Source: Mytilus californianus | Taxonomy: Eukaryota | Length of the DNA: 64,000 nucleotides | Direction of reading: 5' to 3' | Assembly (NCBI RefSeq): GCF_021869535.1 | Contig: NW_026262668.1 | Location: 127,162,001-127,226,000, forward strand | Shown here: piece after piece, positions 48,701-63,700 of the stretch | How positions within the stretch are numbered: the stretch's first letter is position 1 | Layout of the letters: each line of letters starts with the position of its first letter | Notes under the pieces: model-generated | Database searches by the model: none | What the model saw: only the letters and a program-made list of their open reading frames with translations | Told to the model about the DNA's origin: nothing | Translations under genes and position numbers: made by a program

Positions 48701-51700
48701 GTGTTTTGATGGGTTTTATAAGATTAACTAATAAACTGCGATTCACAACAGTAAGCAATCCAATATGTGATAAGAGGGGAACATCCCAAATAGGAATAAC
48801 TGTCAGGTGACTGTATACAAACTGAACATAAATATGGTAAAGCATAAAAAAACATATGTTTTTAATCATTTATTTGCATACCTTACTCTTATCAAGCGGT
48901 TAAAGTATCGCAATGTTTTGGTCAATACAAAATCCTACCAAAAGGAATAGGTGCGATCCTGAAGTGTTAAGTAGTAAACCGACAACTTCGTATGCAACAC
49001 CCGTCGTATTTCCCACCAAACACACGTTTTGAAATTATGTTACTTAGCAAGAAAAGGAATGTTCACTTCTTAAAAAATAAATTCGTAACGATTGTCATAA
49101 GTTTTGTTTTCAAACGTCTTTTGATGTACATAAGTGTCAATATGTAGCAGTCTACCGTTAATGACCGTATATTGACTTTTAGCGTTAAATTATCTATGTA
49201 CTATCTCATTAAGTATTCAACATCCTTTTATTCGCGCTATATCCGTGTCAAAATCGTATTAAAACCCCCTAAAAATATTGTAAATCTCATCTAAAATTTC
49301 ACATAGATGCATTCAGATCAAATAACAAAAAGTTAAACATTTAAAAATCGTAAATATATGCTGTTATAATAACTAAAATTTAAAAACTAAATTGACAATA
49401 AAGTAAAAACGTTGCCGGTGTACAAAATTCTTATCATCTCATAAAATCTGTCTATCTATATAAGTTAACTGACTTGAAACATTAACGTGCATGTAGGTTA
49501 AATAAGTACATCTAATTGACAAACGAATAACTTGATCATTTCTTTATTTCGTAGACTGTATAATTTTATTTTACCATGCTTCGGAGAACGTATAAGAGTT
49601 TTATGCAAATTTATGAATCATTATATGAAGCTTTTTGTGGAGTGAACACAGCGAACAAGATCAAAACGTTTCATTTATATTGTGTCGAGCAGCTGATATT
49701 TTACAATATCAATATGACGAAAATATGATAATCGATTGATCGATTTATATGTGTGTGTTTTCCATAATTAAAAAAAACATGTTTTTCTATGTTTCACAAG
49801 CAAATCGGTAGGGGACTTGATGAGTTCGGGTCAAACTTGTACACGTCAGTTCAAACAGTATGATGTCGGTTATAAGTTCGGGTCAGCATATTTAACGTCA
49901 AATAGCTTGATATATAATTTTATGAAGCGCTAAGATACAAGCAGAGGAGAGACCAATAATACGAATTTTAACACTTCTTCTGGGTTCATAAAGTAAAATC
50001 ATGTGTACAGCATTAATATTTTTAAATGAATAAGTACTTAAAATGCAGTTTCATAATAATGCCGTACTTGGTAAACTTTCAATATTTTATTTTCATTTTT
50101 TGAAGAGAAAAAGTGTTTTACTTTTTAAGCTCAGTAAGCATAAGATATACATTTATTGTCTTGGATATTGTTTTTCGAGCAGGGACATGCACTGTCAAAT
50201 CTCCGTTTTTTCTTCTATTAAACTGCAGTCATTAAACATTTAAGAAGGGGTAAACGATTTTCGAGAATGTTTATTTTAGGTATTTTTAAAAAAGTTCGTT
50301 ATGAATATATTTGCTGTATTACTTCCTTTAAGATATATCCCAATTAATAAGAACGACTGTGTTTTTAGTGCTACATGTATTGCTATTGCTATTGCTTCAA
50401 TCAATTTATTGTTCATTTGGTTTTGAATTTTACTTTTTTGTATTTATGAAAATCAATTATCAATGCCAGTGCCCCTAAGGCACTTTGCTGGAATAACCTT
50501 CAACAGAAGTCGACACTCGCCAAATGGGAGCTACAAAATCCAGAAGATTCTATATCAGCCAGACTCACTACAGTTTAACATCTCTCATTATTCTATTCCA
50601 GCAATCAATCTCTCACCATTATTGAACTCCACCCATTTATGTTCTATCCCTACAAACCAACCCTCTTCGGTTTTGAACTCCACACATTTGTTATTCTATT
50701 CCAGCAGTCCAACTCTCATAGTTTTGAACTCCACACCGTTATTACTATTTTTCTACTCCAGCAGTCCAACTCTCACCAGGTTTTAACTCCACACCGTTAC
50801 GGTTATCACTATCATATTAGGTCGAATCTTACCAGTATTATACTGAACATTTTGTCACTCCATTTTCAGCAATCGAATACTTATCAGTACTACAACTCCA
50901 CAGTTATTCATGATGGTAATGGCGTCTATTGGCATGAACTTGAAAACCATACAACTCACGTGGTCCTGTCGGATGCAAAATACTTATCATCAGCGGTAAA
51001 TCATCTTTCTTATTTATCGTACATTTTACCTTTTACCAATGGGTACATGTTATGATAGTGTGCTCAGGCTGAGTGAAGAAAGTCGTGGGTTGTCTCTAGA
51101 GGAAAGGCAAACCAGAGAATTTAAAATTGGTATTTGCACCTTCTATTATAAAGTAATTTTGAAGTAGAACAGTGACTGAACGGCTCCCATTCTACATAAT
51201 GTGTCTGAGTAGGGCTACATGACTCACATTTAAAAAAACAATCCGACGCAGTGTGTCATTCTAGGACTAAGGAGGGTATTTTTATACGGCATTAATAATC
51301 GTCCTGAATACTATGTTATATTTGTCACTGGTCGTTCAGTGTCCAGCCATCCAATATGTACACGTGTTATTATTGTGTACACCAACCTACTGCGTTACGA
51401 ATGAAGTATAAAAGATTAGTTTCATCAGATCTGAAATTTAAATAAAAAATAAATTATTTTCTATATTGTTATAACTTTTTTTTATCATAAATCATTCGGT
51501 CAATACTTTTAGTCTGGTAGTAGTCTCAGTTTTAGTATATTTCATCATTAAAATTAAAAATAAAACACCAAACAGAAATACACAAATGTTGTTCATTGTC
51601 TACAATTTTATTATTCTCTTCCTTTAAGAATATACATTATTGTACTGATTACATATAAATTGAATGCATATTATCACTACAGTTGCTAACATGTTTTTAC

Positions 51701-54700
51701 AGGGTTTGAACTTGCCATTTATAATGCCATTTTACGGTCACAATATATCCAAGGTACAACTTACAACAGGAGGTACGTTCAATGGTACCTTACATAACAC
51801 TAGATATTAAAGGAAGGTTTACTTTTGGTGAACATGTCCAACACATGAAAAACTAAAAAATGATCATGACAAAAATTTAATCGTCAAGAGCAAAAAGAAA
51901 GCAATCAATAACAAACTGAGAAATCGACCTTGGTTCATTTGCTTTAATGTTTGAGAACGATGGAAATGTCGTCATTGTATTTAGCAGTCTAAAAACAACT
52001 ACACATTTTACTTTCCTATAGAAAAGAGTAATTGAATCAAAGGTTCATCAAAATGCAAGGATGTATTTGAATATAAACTTTTATTTAAATTATACTTGTA
52101 TTTGTTATATATTGGTTCCACTGTATCAGATTTATGTTGATTTCCTTTGTAGGGTTTATATACATGGCTCCATTCGTACATAAATTTTTGACCTATTCTC
52201 AGTATGTGGCTCCACTGATGGCGAACTTTGATACACAAACAGACAATTCCGATATATTGTATAAAAAATATAGTGAGTATCATGCTGTTTATCTGTATTT
52301 GTTGTTAAATGCTATTGTCAAATTGAACCCACTGTGATTGAACTACACGTTAAAAATAGGATGAACGCATGTTAAAGGTCTAAAGCACCTCAATTCACAA
52401 GGGTATAACCCAAAAAATGACGAAAATAGGTAGAATTTCAACAGCACCTTGAATGTTAAAAAGTGACGGAAACAATAATTAGTGACGAAAAAATATATAG
52501 AACTTTGACAGTGCCTCGAATGACCTCAAATGGCATAATTGAGGAAAACTATGAATAAATTTAATAGCATCTTCAATGTCAAAAGTGATTAAAATACTAG
52601 AACTAATAAACAGAACAGTAGGCAGCACCTCACAGGTAGGTCAACAGATGCTATCGCTTAAAATGTTCACACAGAAGGTAATTCTGATAGCATTACAACA
52701 TGGAATGCTTACTTAAACTATATTGTATTATGACTGTAACAATACTTTATCCAGATAAAAACGCACATACACACACTATACATGATATATCTTTTTCAGA
52801 TGACAGTGTAGTAATTGAATGGCGCAATGTTCATCTAAATGATCAGCGATATCGTAAGTCGTTGTTTTAAATAAAGTTAAACATCGAACTTGTCTGTATT
52901 TTCATAACATTCCGATAGTATGCTTGACTTTTAAGGTGAACATCCGATTGCTCTGTCATCATATTTTTATTGGGGAAAATTATAGATTGATTATACTATA
53001 AAGTAGTAGAATTTATCGATTTAAATCTAAAGAAGCTGGTAGTTCGACACATCTAAGCAGGTATGAAAAGCAAAATACGCACCTTTGAATTTTAAAACAG
53101 TTATGTTTCTAGCTTCATCAATTATGTTTATAAACAAAACAGTTTATGCGAAATCATAAGATCGTGTGGTCAACCTTAAAAGTCGCTTTTCCTTAAATTA
53201 ATAAATACATTGTATTTTTTAAGGTGGAAGTCACATTGCTGGTAATTTCTCTATTCTTTCAGTTTTTTGTATTGATGTTTATTGTCTAGAAGGTCGGAAT
53301 AGCATTTAATTTTTTTTTGCTTATTGACAACACATATTTTAATATTGCTCAGCAATAGTTTATTGAGAGTATTTATGAAAATTTTGAGGGTGTGACTACT
53401 TTTTCCCTATTTATTTCAATCACAAAGTCAATAGCGGGGAATAGAATAGACATCTTATACTTTAGGGGTAGCTGTAGTTTATGGTTTAGTTTACAGTTAT
53501 ATAAGGGTAAGAGTATAGATTAGTTTTGGTAGGGGTTAGGTTTTATGGTTAATGTTAGTGGTCATTTTATAGCTTTATATGGGTTAGATACACTATAGTA
53601 AAAGAAGTAGAATAAGAATATGTATTGTTCTCATAAGTTTATACAAATCTTCTGCAAATTCATCATTAACAGACAGAACAAAAATATGATAATTTATATT
53701 TAGACAATACGTTGCTTCACTTTTGATTTTATTTGAGTGTCGTTCCTGTTTTAATTACATGTTCAGACACACTTTGAGTTGAGGTTGAGTAAATTTTATG
53801 GTAAGGTCCAAGGATTTTTTAAATATTAATTTGCTGATGAAGTAAAAGGGAAATTGTCCTGACTATTCCGACTTTATATTGTCTTTGATTATTAATTGTT
53901 AGTTCTTTTATTTTCGGTGATTTCATTTGTAGTGAATTTTGTTGTTGTTGTTGCCTTCATTCGTGCATATTCATAGTCATAATTTCATAAAACTTAGTCA
54001 ATGCAATAACAACAAGAGGCTCTCAAGAGCATGAATCGCTCACCTGTAATATTTTGCTTAAATCTTTCATCAATGATTATTTTTGCTTTTCAATATATAT
54101 TGATGAGTAGCTTAAAAATTCCATTTAAATGTTCTTTGTATCTGTCATATTTTCTTCAAAACAAAAAAATGCATTTTACCCCTATGTTCCATTTTAGCCG
54201 TAGTGGCTATGTTCTTGACGTACAAGGAAATGAAATACTAAATTTATACTAGATACTTTGAAACTCATTCAGCCCAAGTTTGGCTGAAATTGATTCAGCA
54301 GTTTCAAAGGAGAAGATTTGTCCTTAAAGGGCAATAACTCCTTAAGGGGTCAATTGACAATTTTGGTCTTAGAAAACTTATTTGTAGATCTTACTTTGCT
54401 GAACATTTTTGCTATTTACAGTTTATCTTTATCTATAATACTATTCAAGATAATAACCGAAAACTGCAAAATAACTCATCAATTCAGGGGCAATAACCTA
54501 AAAATCAGATACCCGATTTGGCTGAGAATTTCAGAGTAGGTAGACCTTGACCTAATGAATACTTTAACTTCTTGTCTGATTTCCTTTAAATGCTGCAGTT
54601 TTCGACTTGTGTTCTATTTTTAGCCATGGCAACCAAGTTTTCTGAGGAAACAGAAAATAAAACGCAAACTTTATTCTAGATACCCTAAAGATCATTCAGC

Positions 54701-57700
54701 TTAAGTGTGGTTGGAATTGGTTCAATAGTTTCAAAGGAGAAGATTTTTTAAGTTATCTTAATCATTAATAATATTCAAGATAATAACCAAAAACTGCAAA
54801 ATTTCCTTAAAATTACCAATTTAGTGGCAGCAACCCAACAATGGGTTATTAGATTCATCTGAAAATTTCATGGCTGTTAGAACTTCACCTAATGAACATT
54901 CCCTCCCATCCTCCCATGTCAGATTTGCTCTAAATGCTTTGGTTTTTGAGATATAAGCCAAAAACTGCATTTTACCCCTATGTTCTATTTTTAGCCATGG
55001 CGGCCATATTTTTTGACGAAACAGAAAATAAAACACAAAGTTTATTCTAGATACCCTAAGGATCATTCAGCTTAAGTTAGGTTGGAATTGGTATAGTAGT
55101 TTCAGAGAAGAAGGTGTTTGAAATAGTTTACACCGGACAGACGACGACGGTCGACGACAGACGACGACGGACGCCAAGTGATGGCAAAAGCTCACAGTTC
55201 CTTCGGAACGGTGAGCTAAAAATGTATTCATTTAACATAAAGTAGTAAATTAATTAAGATTGATAAAACGTTAAAATGCTACACTGATTGCCCATCGAAA
55301 CAAATTTTACAAGGACTATCTAAGACCTATGAGATAAACAAAATAGACAAAATAAACAAAATAGCCCAAACCATTATCACATGACAACAGACAACTTCCA
55401 GACTTGGAACTAAAGTTCACGACACATGTAGTGGGGTTAAACTGTTTTTGGATAACCCGAATAATTCAGTCGTTATATTTCGCTGCTCTACGATGGTGAC
55501 TTCATCGATCGATCTCGGAGAGGGATTGAATTATTTGGATTAGCTTTTGGGGGTAAGATTACACCCCTTTAATCTCGATTTGGAGACTAGTTAAATTGTT
55601 CACATCATTGTCCTTGGATATATATATATATATTAACTTTAGACATTTTTACGAATCCAGATATTGATATAATTGTTATTACTGCTTATAAGTATGGTAG
55701 TGAAGAATAGTAATTTGATCAGAGAAGTAACAAAAAAATAATTATATCTTGATATGTTTAAAAAAATTACCAACTTTCTTTTGCAGATGGCCAATTTAGA
55801 TTTCAGGCCAAATTATTTCAAAATGGAAGCATTATGTTGGTATACAAAACGGTAAGTAATAGTAATAAAGTAATGGTACAACTAATTTGTCGAGTGTTGT
55901 AACCTTAAGCATTCTGTACCAAAAATGAAAACAACACGTTATAAATTTCATTCGGTCGAAGCTCTTTTCTGGATTTACTGACCTTCATCAGGAACGCTCA
56001 GTGCCAAATATATGAAAGCCAAGGATGTATAAGAACCGAAACAGTTGAAGAGCTATACGTGTACAAGAATTTTATTTGAAGGTTAAACTGGTATTACTAT
56101 TACACGTCTTTGATTAAACTAGACAGATATAAGTATTTACACTTAGAAATAAGTCTAACGATGCCCTTGACACCTACCAATTTATTTTGCACCTATAATT
56201 TAGTTGACTTCATCATCTAACGATTTCCTTGACACCAACCAACATGTATGCCACCATTTCATGTCATTTTATATAAAACTGTTCATACTCAAGTATAACA
56301 AGCATCATTGTAATATTGTAAAAATATTTACCAAAACTAAAATTACCTATTGTTGACAAACAGACATGTCATTCTTAAATATGAAAATGTTGTTATGTTG
56401 TTCTTTTGTTTAGATTCCAGCACCCGTTATGAATATATCAACAGACAATCATCCTGTAAAACTTGGTATATCTGATGCATTCTATATGGATTACACACAA
56501 AATGGTGAGTTGTTTTGTATGCCATCATTAGATTCTAGTTGGATACATATTTTCAAATATCAAAATCAGTTACATATAGTATGATAATTGTATAAATGTA
56601 TACACAATAATTGTGTAGTGTTACATATAGTATGATAAATGTATCAATAAATGTATACACAATATTTGTGTAGTTTCGTTGCTGTTTCATTGTCGCATAC
56701 TTAGCATCTATTTTTTTTATATACTAGGGACTTTATGTGTAGCAAATGAACGAAACAGAAATGCAACAACAACTTGATGCAGATTAAAAGTAAAAAACCT
56801 AAATATTGCACGACATATTTTACCCTGTTGGATTATTTGATGTTGCGTTGTTCTTGTTTTCATTTCTATTTTTTATGTATGGTTCTTCTCATTATCTTTT
56901 AAAGTTTTGCAATGTAACTTTTTTTTAACTGATACAGATATTTGTATATTTGTTTCAATTGCTGTCAGTGGTGTAGCGGCAAAAATGTGCGTTTTCAAAA
57001 ATTTTTAAAGGCGGAATCTTTCACCATTCGCGGCAAGTTTTGTTCTGTACAACATGTACAAATCAGAAATCATACCCCAGCTTAAAAAAATTAATTGTCA
57101 TTTTGTATATATTTTCCACCAGGAAGATTTAAACGACAAAGCTGATCTCCTGTTGGTTGGAAATGTTATGTCGAAAAAAACACTTATCTTGCCGCTCTAC
57201 TGATGTTTTCCCTCCTTTTTAAAGCATCTAATCACCGCCTCCGATCAGATATGAATACGGCTAAACTTTCAGAAGAACTATTTTATATTCATGTCTAAAT
57301 GTTTCAAACATTGTAACAATGAAGTGAATTCTGTTTGTATTTATCAAAATAGACTTATATTAAAGTATTATTTTTAAAAATTAATTAGTAAAAATAGGCA
57401 TAAATTTCAGACGGATACTTTTAAAGTATCATTCATGTTATTATTTTACGGTGTACGCTACAAACGGTTATCTTTAGTATTATTCATGTTTTTATTTTTC
57501 AGGAGTACGCTACAGACGGATATATAAGTATCATGCTGTCGACATTGAAAAGTCGTTAATAACCAATAATACAGTAGTTATTTTTCATCCTTTACCAAGT
57601 ATGAAGATTTATGTAAATTTTAGTATTTACTTATAATTGATTTGTATAAATACAAGAGTGTACGTATATGTATGTGTGTTTCAAGGTATAAAAGCTCATG

Positions 57701-60700
57701 TACAGTTGATGAAATCGGCTTGATTTTGCATAACAATTCAGGTATATAATAGAAAAATTCAGTCAATATGATGAATAACTGTGAGACTTAGAAAGAGATA
57801 AATAGTAATTTTGATGTTTTCATAGATGGATCTAATTTCCACTAAATTTATTTTACACCAGGGATATTTCCAAAAGTGTGAATTTTGCGTTTCTAACAGC
57901 ATTGAGCGTATTTCTGAACATGGCACCGAATTATAGTAAAGATGACAAAAGCTGCAGGTTTGAAGTATTTTGGCAAACTTTCAGTATTTCAAAAAACTAG
58001 AAGATCATCGTAGCCTTAATCGTATACCTGGTAAACTAACACCGTGTATTTTAAGGGGAGATTTTTGACAATTGGGGAAAACACAATCAATATCTATTCC
58101 TGGTGGCCATTTTTTCATCTGATCCGGAGCAAATGCCGATGATTTGCAGAAAACTATCCATACTCAATTCCTACAACGTCAAGTAGACTAAGATTAGATG
58201 ACGAAACCTAGACTTTCAATGAGAGCTATGTACCACAAATGTCGCAATGTTTGACACACAATAAACATTAAATATGGACAGTATGTGTCTTCCAATCAAC
58301 AACCTTCTACTTGTTTAAAACCGTTTGATTTGTAGTTGCAGATGCTTGATTATTGACCACTCAGTTTCAAACATTACCTCTTTTCCATCTAACCGACAGA
58401 AAATGAAGATGGTAAAAAGACTTTCCATATAATATGCATAAAAATTTTGATTAGAAATGAGCGAATGGTTTCAATGGAGTTTATGGAAACGTAGAACTTT
58501 TTAACTAAGAAAATATTGAACGACCATGCGCTCCATTATTTCTATAACATATGTTTTATTATTTTTTTGTTGAAGTGTATTAAGTCCTACAGAATTTCAG
58601 ATGGGGATATAACGTTCACCTATTTTTCTATTGGGCTATATATATAGTTGTTTTATCATACCACATTAAGGCGTACTTGCTTTATTATGACATTTATAAA
58701 ATGATTCGTTTCTGTTGTAAACAATATAATTTTTGTCACTTTCCGAGTGAAAAGTCGGGTCATTCACTAATACATTAGTCCTTCGCAGATTTAGAATTAG
58801 GTGTATAAAAAAGAGACATAGAGTCTTACCTTTACTTAATATAAAAAAATAAAACTCTTCATTAATTCATTATCTAGCTTCAACATATACACTTTGGATA
58901 AATAACTATACCTCTTGTAACCGGGAGGCACATAGTTCGTTTTAACAAACTAAATTGAACGTGATTGAAGTAATTTGAAACTTTATTGTTGAAAAAAAAA
59001 ATAGATAAGATTTAAAGATTATTTCATCTTTTGTATTTAAGCATGTAATCTAGCAACTAGTTGTGACCATTGTGTATCTAGAGTTATAGATTTTGATTGT
59101 TCATGGTGTCCGAGCGTTAGGCGATGTTCTAATGGGTATGACTGGCATAGACAAGAATGGAGTGAATCAGAGTGTTGGGAAAAAGTATGTTAGAATACCA
59201 ATAGTCATTCATTGTTCCTCTTTAAGCCATTTATTCCTGTTAGTTGTTTTATAATAATAATAATAATAATAATAATGTTTATTAAGATAAAGGCAATGTA
59301 TACAAATACATAATAAGATTTAGAAACATAGCTAGATAAAACCTTAAGATATAGTAATGGGCAATGAGGTTCAAAATCATCATTGAATGGTTTTAAAAAA
59401 ACATGCGGTTAGATTAAAAACTACTAAGTAACACCAAAATCCGCACTATGGCCTTATCTCAATAATCCAAGGTTATGTTCAGCCCACATGTCTTTTGACG
59501 GTAGCTAAATAATCCAAGGTTATGTCCGACCCACATGTCTTTTGACGGTAGCTAAATAATCCAAGGTTATGTCCGGCCCACATGTCTTTTGACGGTAGCT
59601 AAATAATCCAAGGTTATGTCCGTCCCACATGTCTTTTGACGGTAGATAATCCAAAGTTATGTCCGGCCCATATATCTTTTGACGGTAGCTAAATAATCCA
59701 AGATTATGCCCGGCCCACATGTCTTTTGACGGCAGCTATGAGAGAATAATTAGATGATGTTAGAAAAAACTGAAGATGTCAACACAATTGAAATCTACAT
59801 TGTTCTACATGGATTCATGTATTAACTGCTTACTCTTTCATGTTGACTTTTTATAATTGCCTGTTTTTCGTGTCTGTCTATTTCTCACTTGTGTGGACGT
59901 TTAGACAAGACCGTATCAGCCACACTTCCTTTTTCAAATGGAAGATTCTTTCTACTAAACTTTTGACAATTAGAACTCTTACTTGTAGTATTATAGTATA
60001 GACGATTTTATGTATCAAAACCATAATTAGTCTTCATATTATCATTTAGCAATGCTTTTGAAGCTCTGTAGATTTTAAATCATTGTGATTGATAAAAGAT
60101 CGTAATACAATTTATCTAAAAAATTCCAGAATTGTAACAAACCAAGAGCACGTGAAATCCTGCGTTTCAAGAAAATTCTCGGCAAAGTTTGTCTTAAAAA
60201 TAATTTTCAGGTGGTTGTTGGTTCACTGCCTTGCAAAATGATTAAACGGTATCGCTAAGCTTAATTTATAAGCTGAAATGAAAACAAACAAAAATAAGAC
60301 GAACAATGAAGTTAATAGAGTGACCATGAATTATTTTAAAATACAATTGATCATTTATATCTTACGATACTTTTTTCTAGGCTGGCAATACTACAGATAT
60401 CTGTAAGGCGACAACAGTAGCATCAACTACAAAACTCACTACACAATCAACCACAACTACCATACCAACAAAACCACCGATAACAACTAGGACACCAAGT
60501 ACATCTACACCACCCACAACCACCACAACTACGCCACCATCTACACCAAGTCCACCGACAACGGTAGCTTCAACAGTTATACCAACTACTCAGGCAACAA
60601 CAAAAATTACACAAGTGGCATCAACCCCTTCAACAAAGACTACTACCATACCTACAACTTCGACTATTACTCCATCGACATCAACAACATCGACTTCTAC

Positions 60701-63700
60701 TACTCAATCGACGAAAACTCCAACTACTACTAAACCAACTACAACTAAATCGACGACGACCCCAACTACTACTACATCGACGACGACTCCAACTACTACT
60801 AAATCGACGACGACTCCAACTATTACTACACCGACAACAACTCCAACTACAACTGTATCGTCGACTACAATATCGGTAAGGTATAAATATAAATAAATGT
60901 CAGAAATAAACAGTATAGGTATGTATGTTTGTGTGTTTGTAGCATGAGAAGATCTGTCAACCTTATAAGGTTTGGCTGTTATCTAAAACATTATAGGAGA
61001 TTGGTTAAACATGTAAATTGTAAAAATGATCAGCAACACAAAGATCAACTATAGTATGGAAATATAAAAGTTCTTATAAGCCGAGGCGGAGGGGGCATTA
61101 AGGTTTACCCTTGTTCTTCCGTGCGTACAGATGTACGTCCTGAAATTGGTTTCCGTTCTCTTACTTTAGTTTGCCTCGACCAAATGTTATGAAACTTATA
61201 CACAATGTTATTGACACCGAACACAGACCAACTTCGAATTTGGGTGGTGTCACTTTCACCGTTCCTGATTTATGTCCCTTTATACATGAAAAAATTTGTG
61301 AATTTGCGGTATCCGCACTCTTACTTTACTTTGCCACAACCAAATGTTCAAAACTTATACTTTTGTTTCCTTCTTTCTACAGGTATGAATTGCCGTTCTA
61401 TATCGGCACACTCCTACATTGTAGGATGGCTAATGCGCTATACACAATTATACACCCGCACCCACTAAAAACTCATATCCAATAAAACATGCCATTTATT
61501 CACCAATTCATGCATATATATATATAAAACGGTAACGGTAAAATCGTGCTGCACATAAACTGTGTTGTCACATATATACATACATATTTTATTTACACAA
61601 TTCTTATAAACGCCAAACACAGATCAAGTGCGATTATGGGTGGTGTCACTTTCAATTTTTTTTTAGTTATGTCCCTTTATAAATGGAAAAAATTGGTGAA
61701 TTTGCCGTTTCATCACTCGTACTTTACTTTGCCTCAACCAAATGTTATGACACTTATACACAATGCTCAAATTAGGATGGCATCACTTTCACCGTTCTAG
61801 AATTACCCCATTACTGTATGTTATTAAACAATGAGAGCACCCAAACCCCCGAGCAATCTCTAATGACAACATACAAAAACAAATGTCATTAAATTTCAAA
61901 GAAAACAAAACGTCAATAAGTATGAATTAGATAATTGAATCTTGCATATTTACAAGCGGGGGCATCTGTGTTCCATGGACATATCTTTGAATATAGTTTA
62001 CATTGACACACATATCGAAACATAACTAAATTTGTTCATTTTCTATGTAGTTTAAGAGATTACTCTATCTATATATTACATTATACATATTTAATAACAG
62101 GTTAACTCCTAAGTATCCTACAGCCTGTCGATACTTTTATTTTGGCATTGCACAAGTCATGTCTTCTTTGACTGTCCATGACGTTAAAACACTAAATACC
62201 TGGGATGTGTTTTAGTTGATTTTAGTGTCTGATGCATGATTTTATATTATTAATTGTTTTTGGCTTTTAACTAGCTTTCAGTAACCGCGAGTACTCTCAA
62301 ATCGTACTTTCGTGTTAATTTGACCTGTTGATACAATTTGTAATGTATTTTTGTTATTTAATTTTTACTTATTCAGTTTTATATCTAGTCTCACTGTTTT
62401 TAATATATACCACCTTTGTTAAGTGTTTAGTATGACGATAAATTTTCACTTTTGTTCTCGTACTAGGAACAACAAAATTATTTATTTTGTAAAAATTATT
62501 TCCGTACTCCAAGTATACCTTACAACAAAATTATTTTTATTTACCTGTGTACGTTATTTTATTTGGCGGCATTTTATCCAAGGTTATGGTTGTCTTTCTG
62601 ATATTGTTTTACATCTAACCCCCTTGTTTTATTAATTTTGCATTTACATTGTGTCATATATCAAATTTATTCGTTCAGTGTATGTTCACTTGTTTTTGTT
62701 AATATGTCTTTTGATTGAGTTAAGCCATTTCAATTGATATGTTAGTGTGTCTTTCTATGTTGTGATGTTACACTATTTTTTCAGGTAGGGTGAAGGTTGG
62801 CGCCGATTAAAACGTTTAAACCCGCTGCATTTGTTTGCACCTGTCCTAAGTCAGGAACCTGATGTTCACTGGTTGTCGTTTGTTGATGTGGTTCATAAGT
62901 GTTTCTCATTTCTCTTTTTTTATATAGATTAGACCGTTGGTTTTCCTTTTTGAATGGTTTTACACTAGTAATTTTTTGAGCCCTTTATAGCTTGCTGTTC
63001 GGCGTGAGCCAAGGCTCCGTGTTGAAGACCGTACTTTGACCTATAATGGTTTACTTTTACAAATTACGACTTGGATGGAGAGTTGTCTCATAGGCACTCA
63101 TACCACATCTTCTTATATCTATACATTTCTTTTATTTCATCAGGAGAGCGATACAGACACAGGTGTGCCTCTTGTATTACTAATTGTAGTAAATGGAAAC
63201 TAAAGTACAACAATGTATGTGTAAATAATTGTATAACGGAATTTAACCATTATATTTTTAGATGTCTGTAGATTCATTATTTTCTTTTTGTGAAAGTACA
63301 ATTTTATAATAATCATGCATTTATTAATTTGTTTCAGTCACCAAATCAACCACATGTAGAACGTCATACACAAAGAAAAGGTAACAAAATTGACAGTTTA
63401 ACATATTTTTCTTTTCTATACCCAGCAGCATTGCTAATGACAGCCTCCGGAAACTTCTTGTCCATCAACAGCTGTGACAGCTGTTAAACTTTATATTTAT
63501 ATTACAAGTTAGCCAAAGTTTGCTTGATACACTATGTGGGCTTTGAACATTTTGTTCAGAATTGACGAATATAAATAAAAAGGAACTAATTCTTATTTCA
63601 ATAAGGGTTCAGGCCTTTCAACTTTGCAAAACTTGTTTGGCAATGGTCTGTGGTTTATTCCAGTGTGTTCCATAAATAACTTAGGTAATGGCGTTAGACA

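Noticed and set aside
53460-53590. ggttag/gttagg-like periodic stretch suggesting interstitial telomere
   Set aside because: Too degenerate; there is no run of TTAGGG units.
53831-53860. CTGATGA...GAAA match on the + strand
   Set aside because: No stem I or stem III pairing can be built; likely a chance match.
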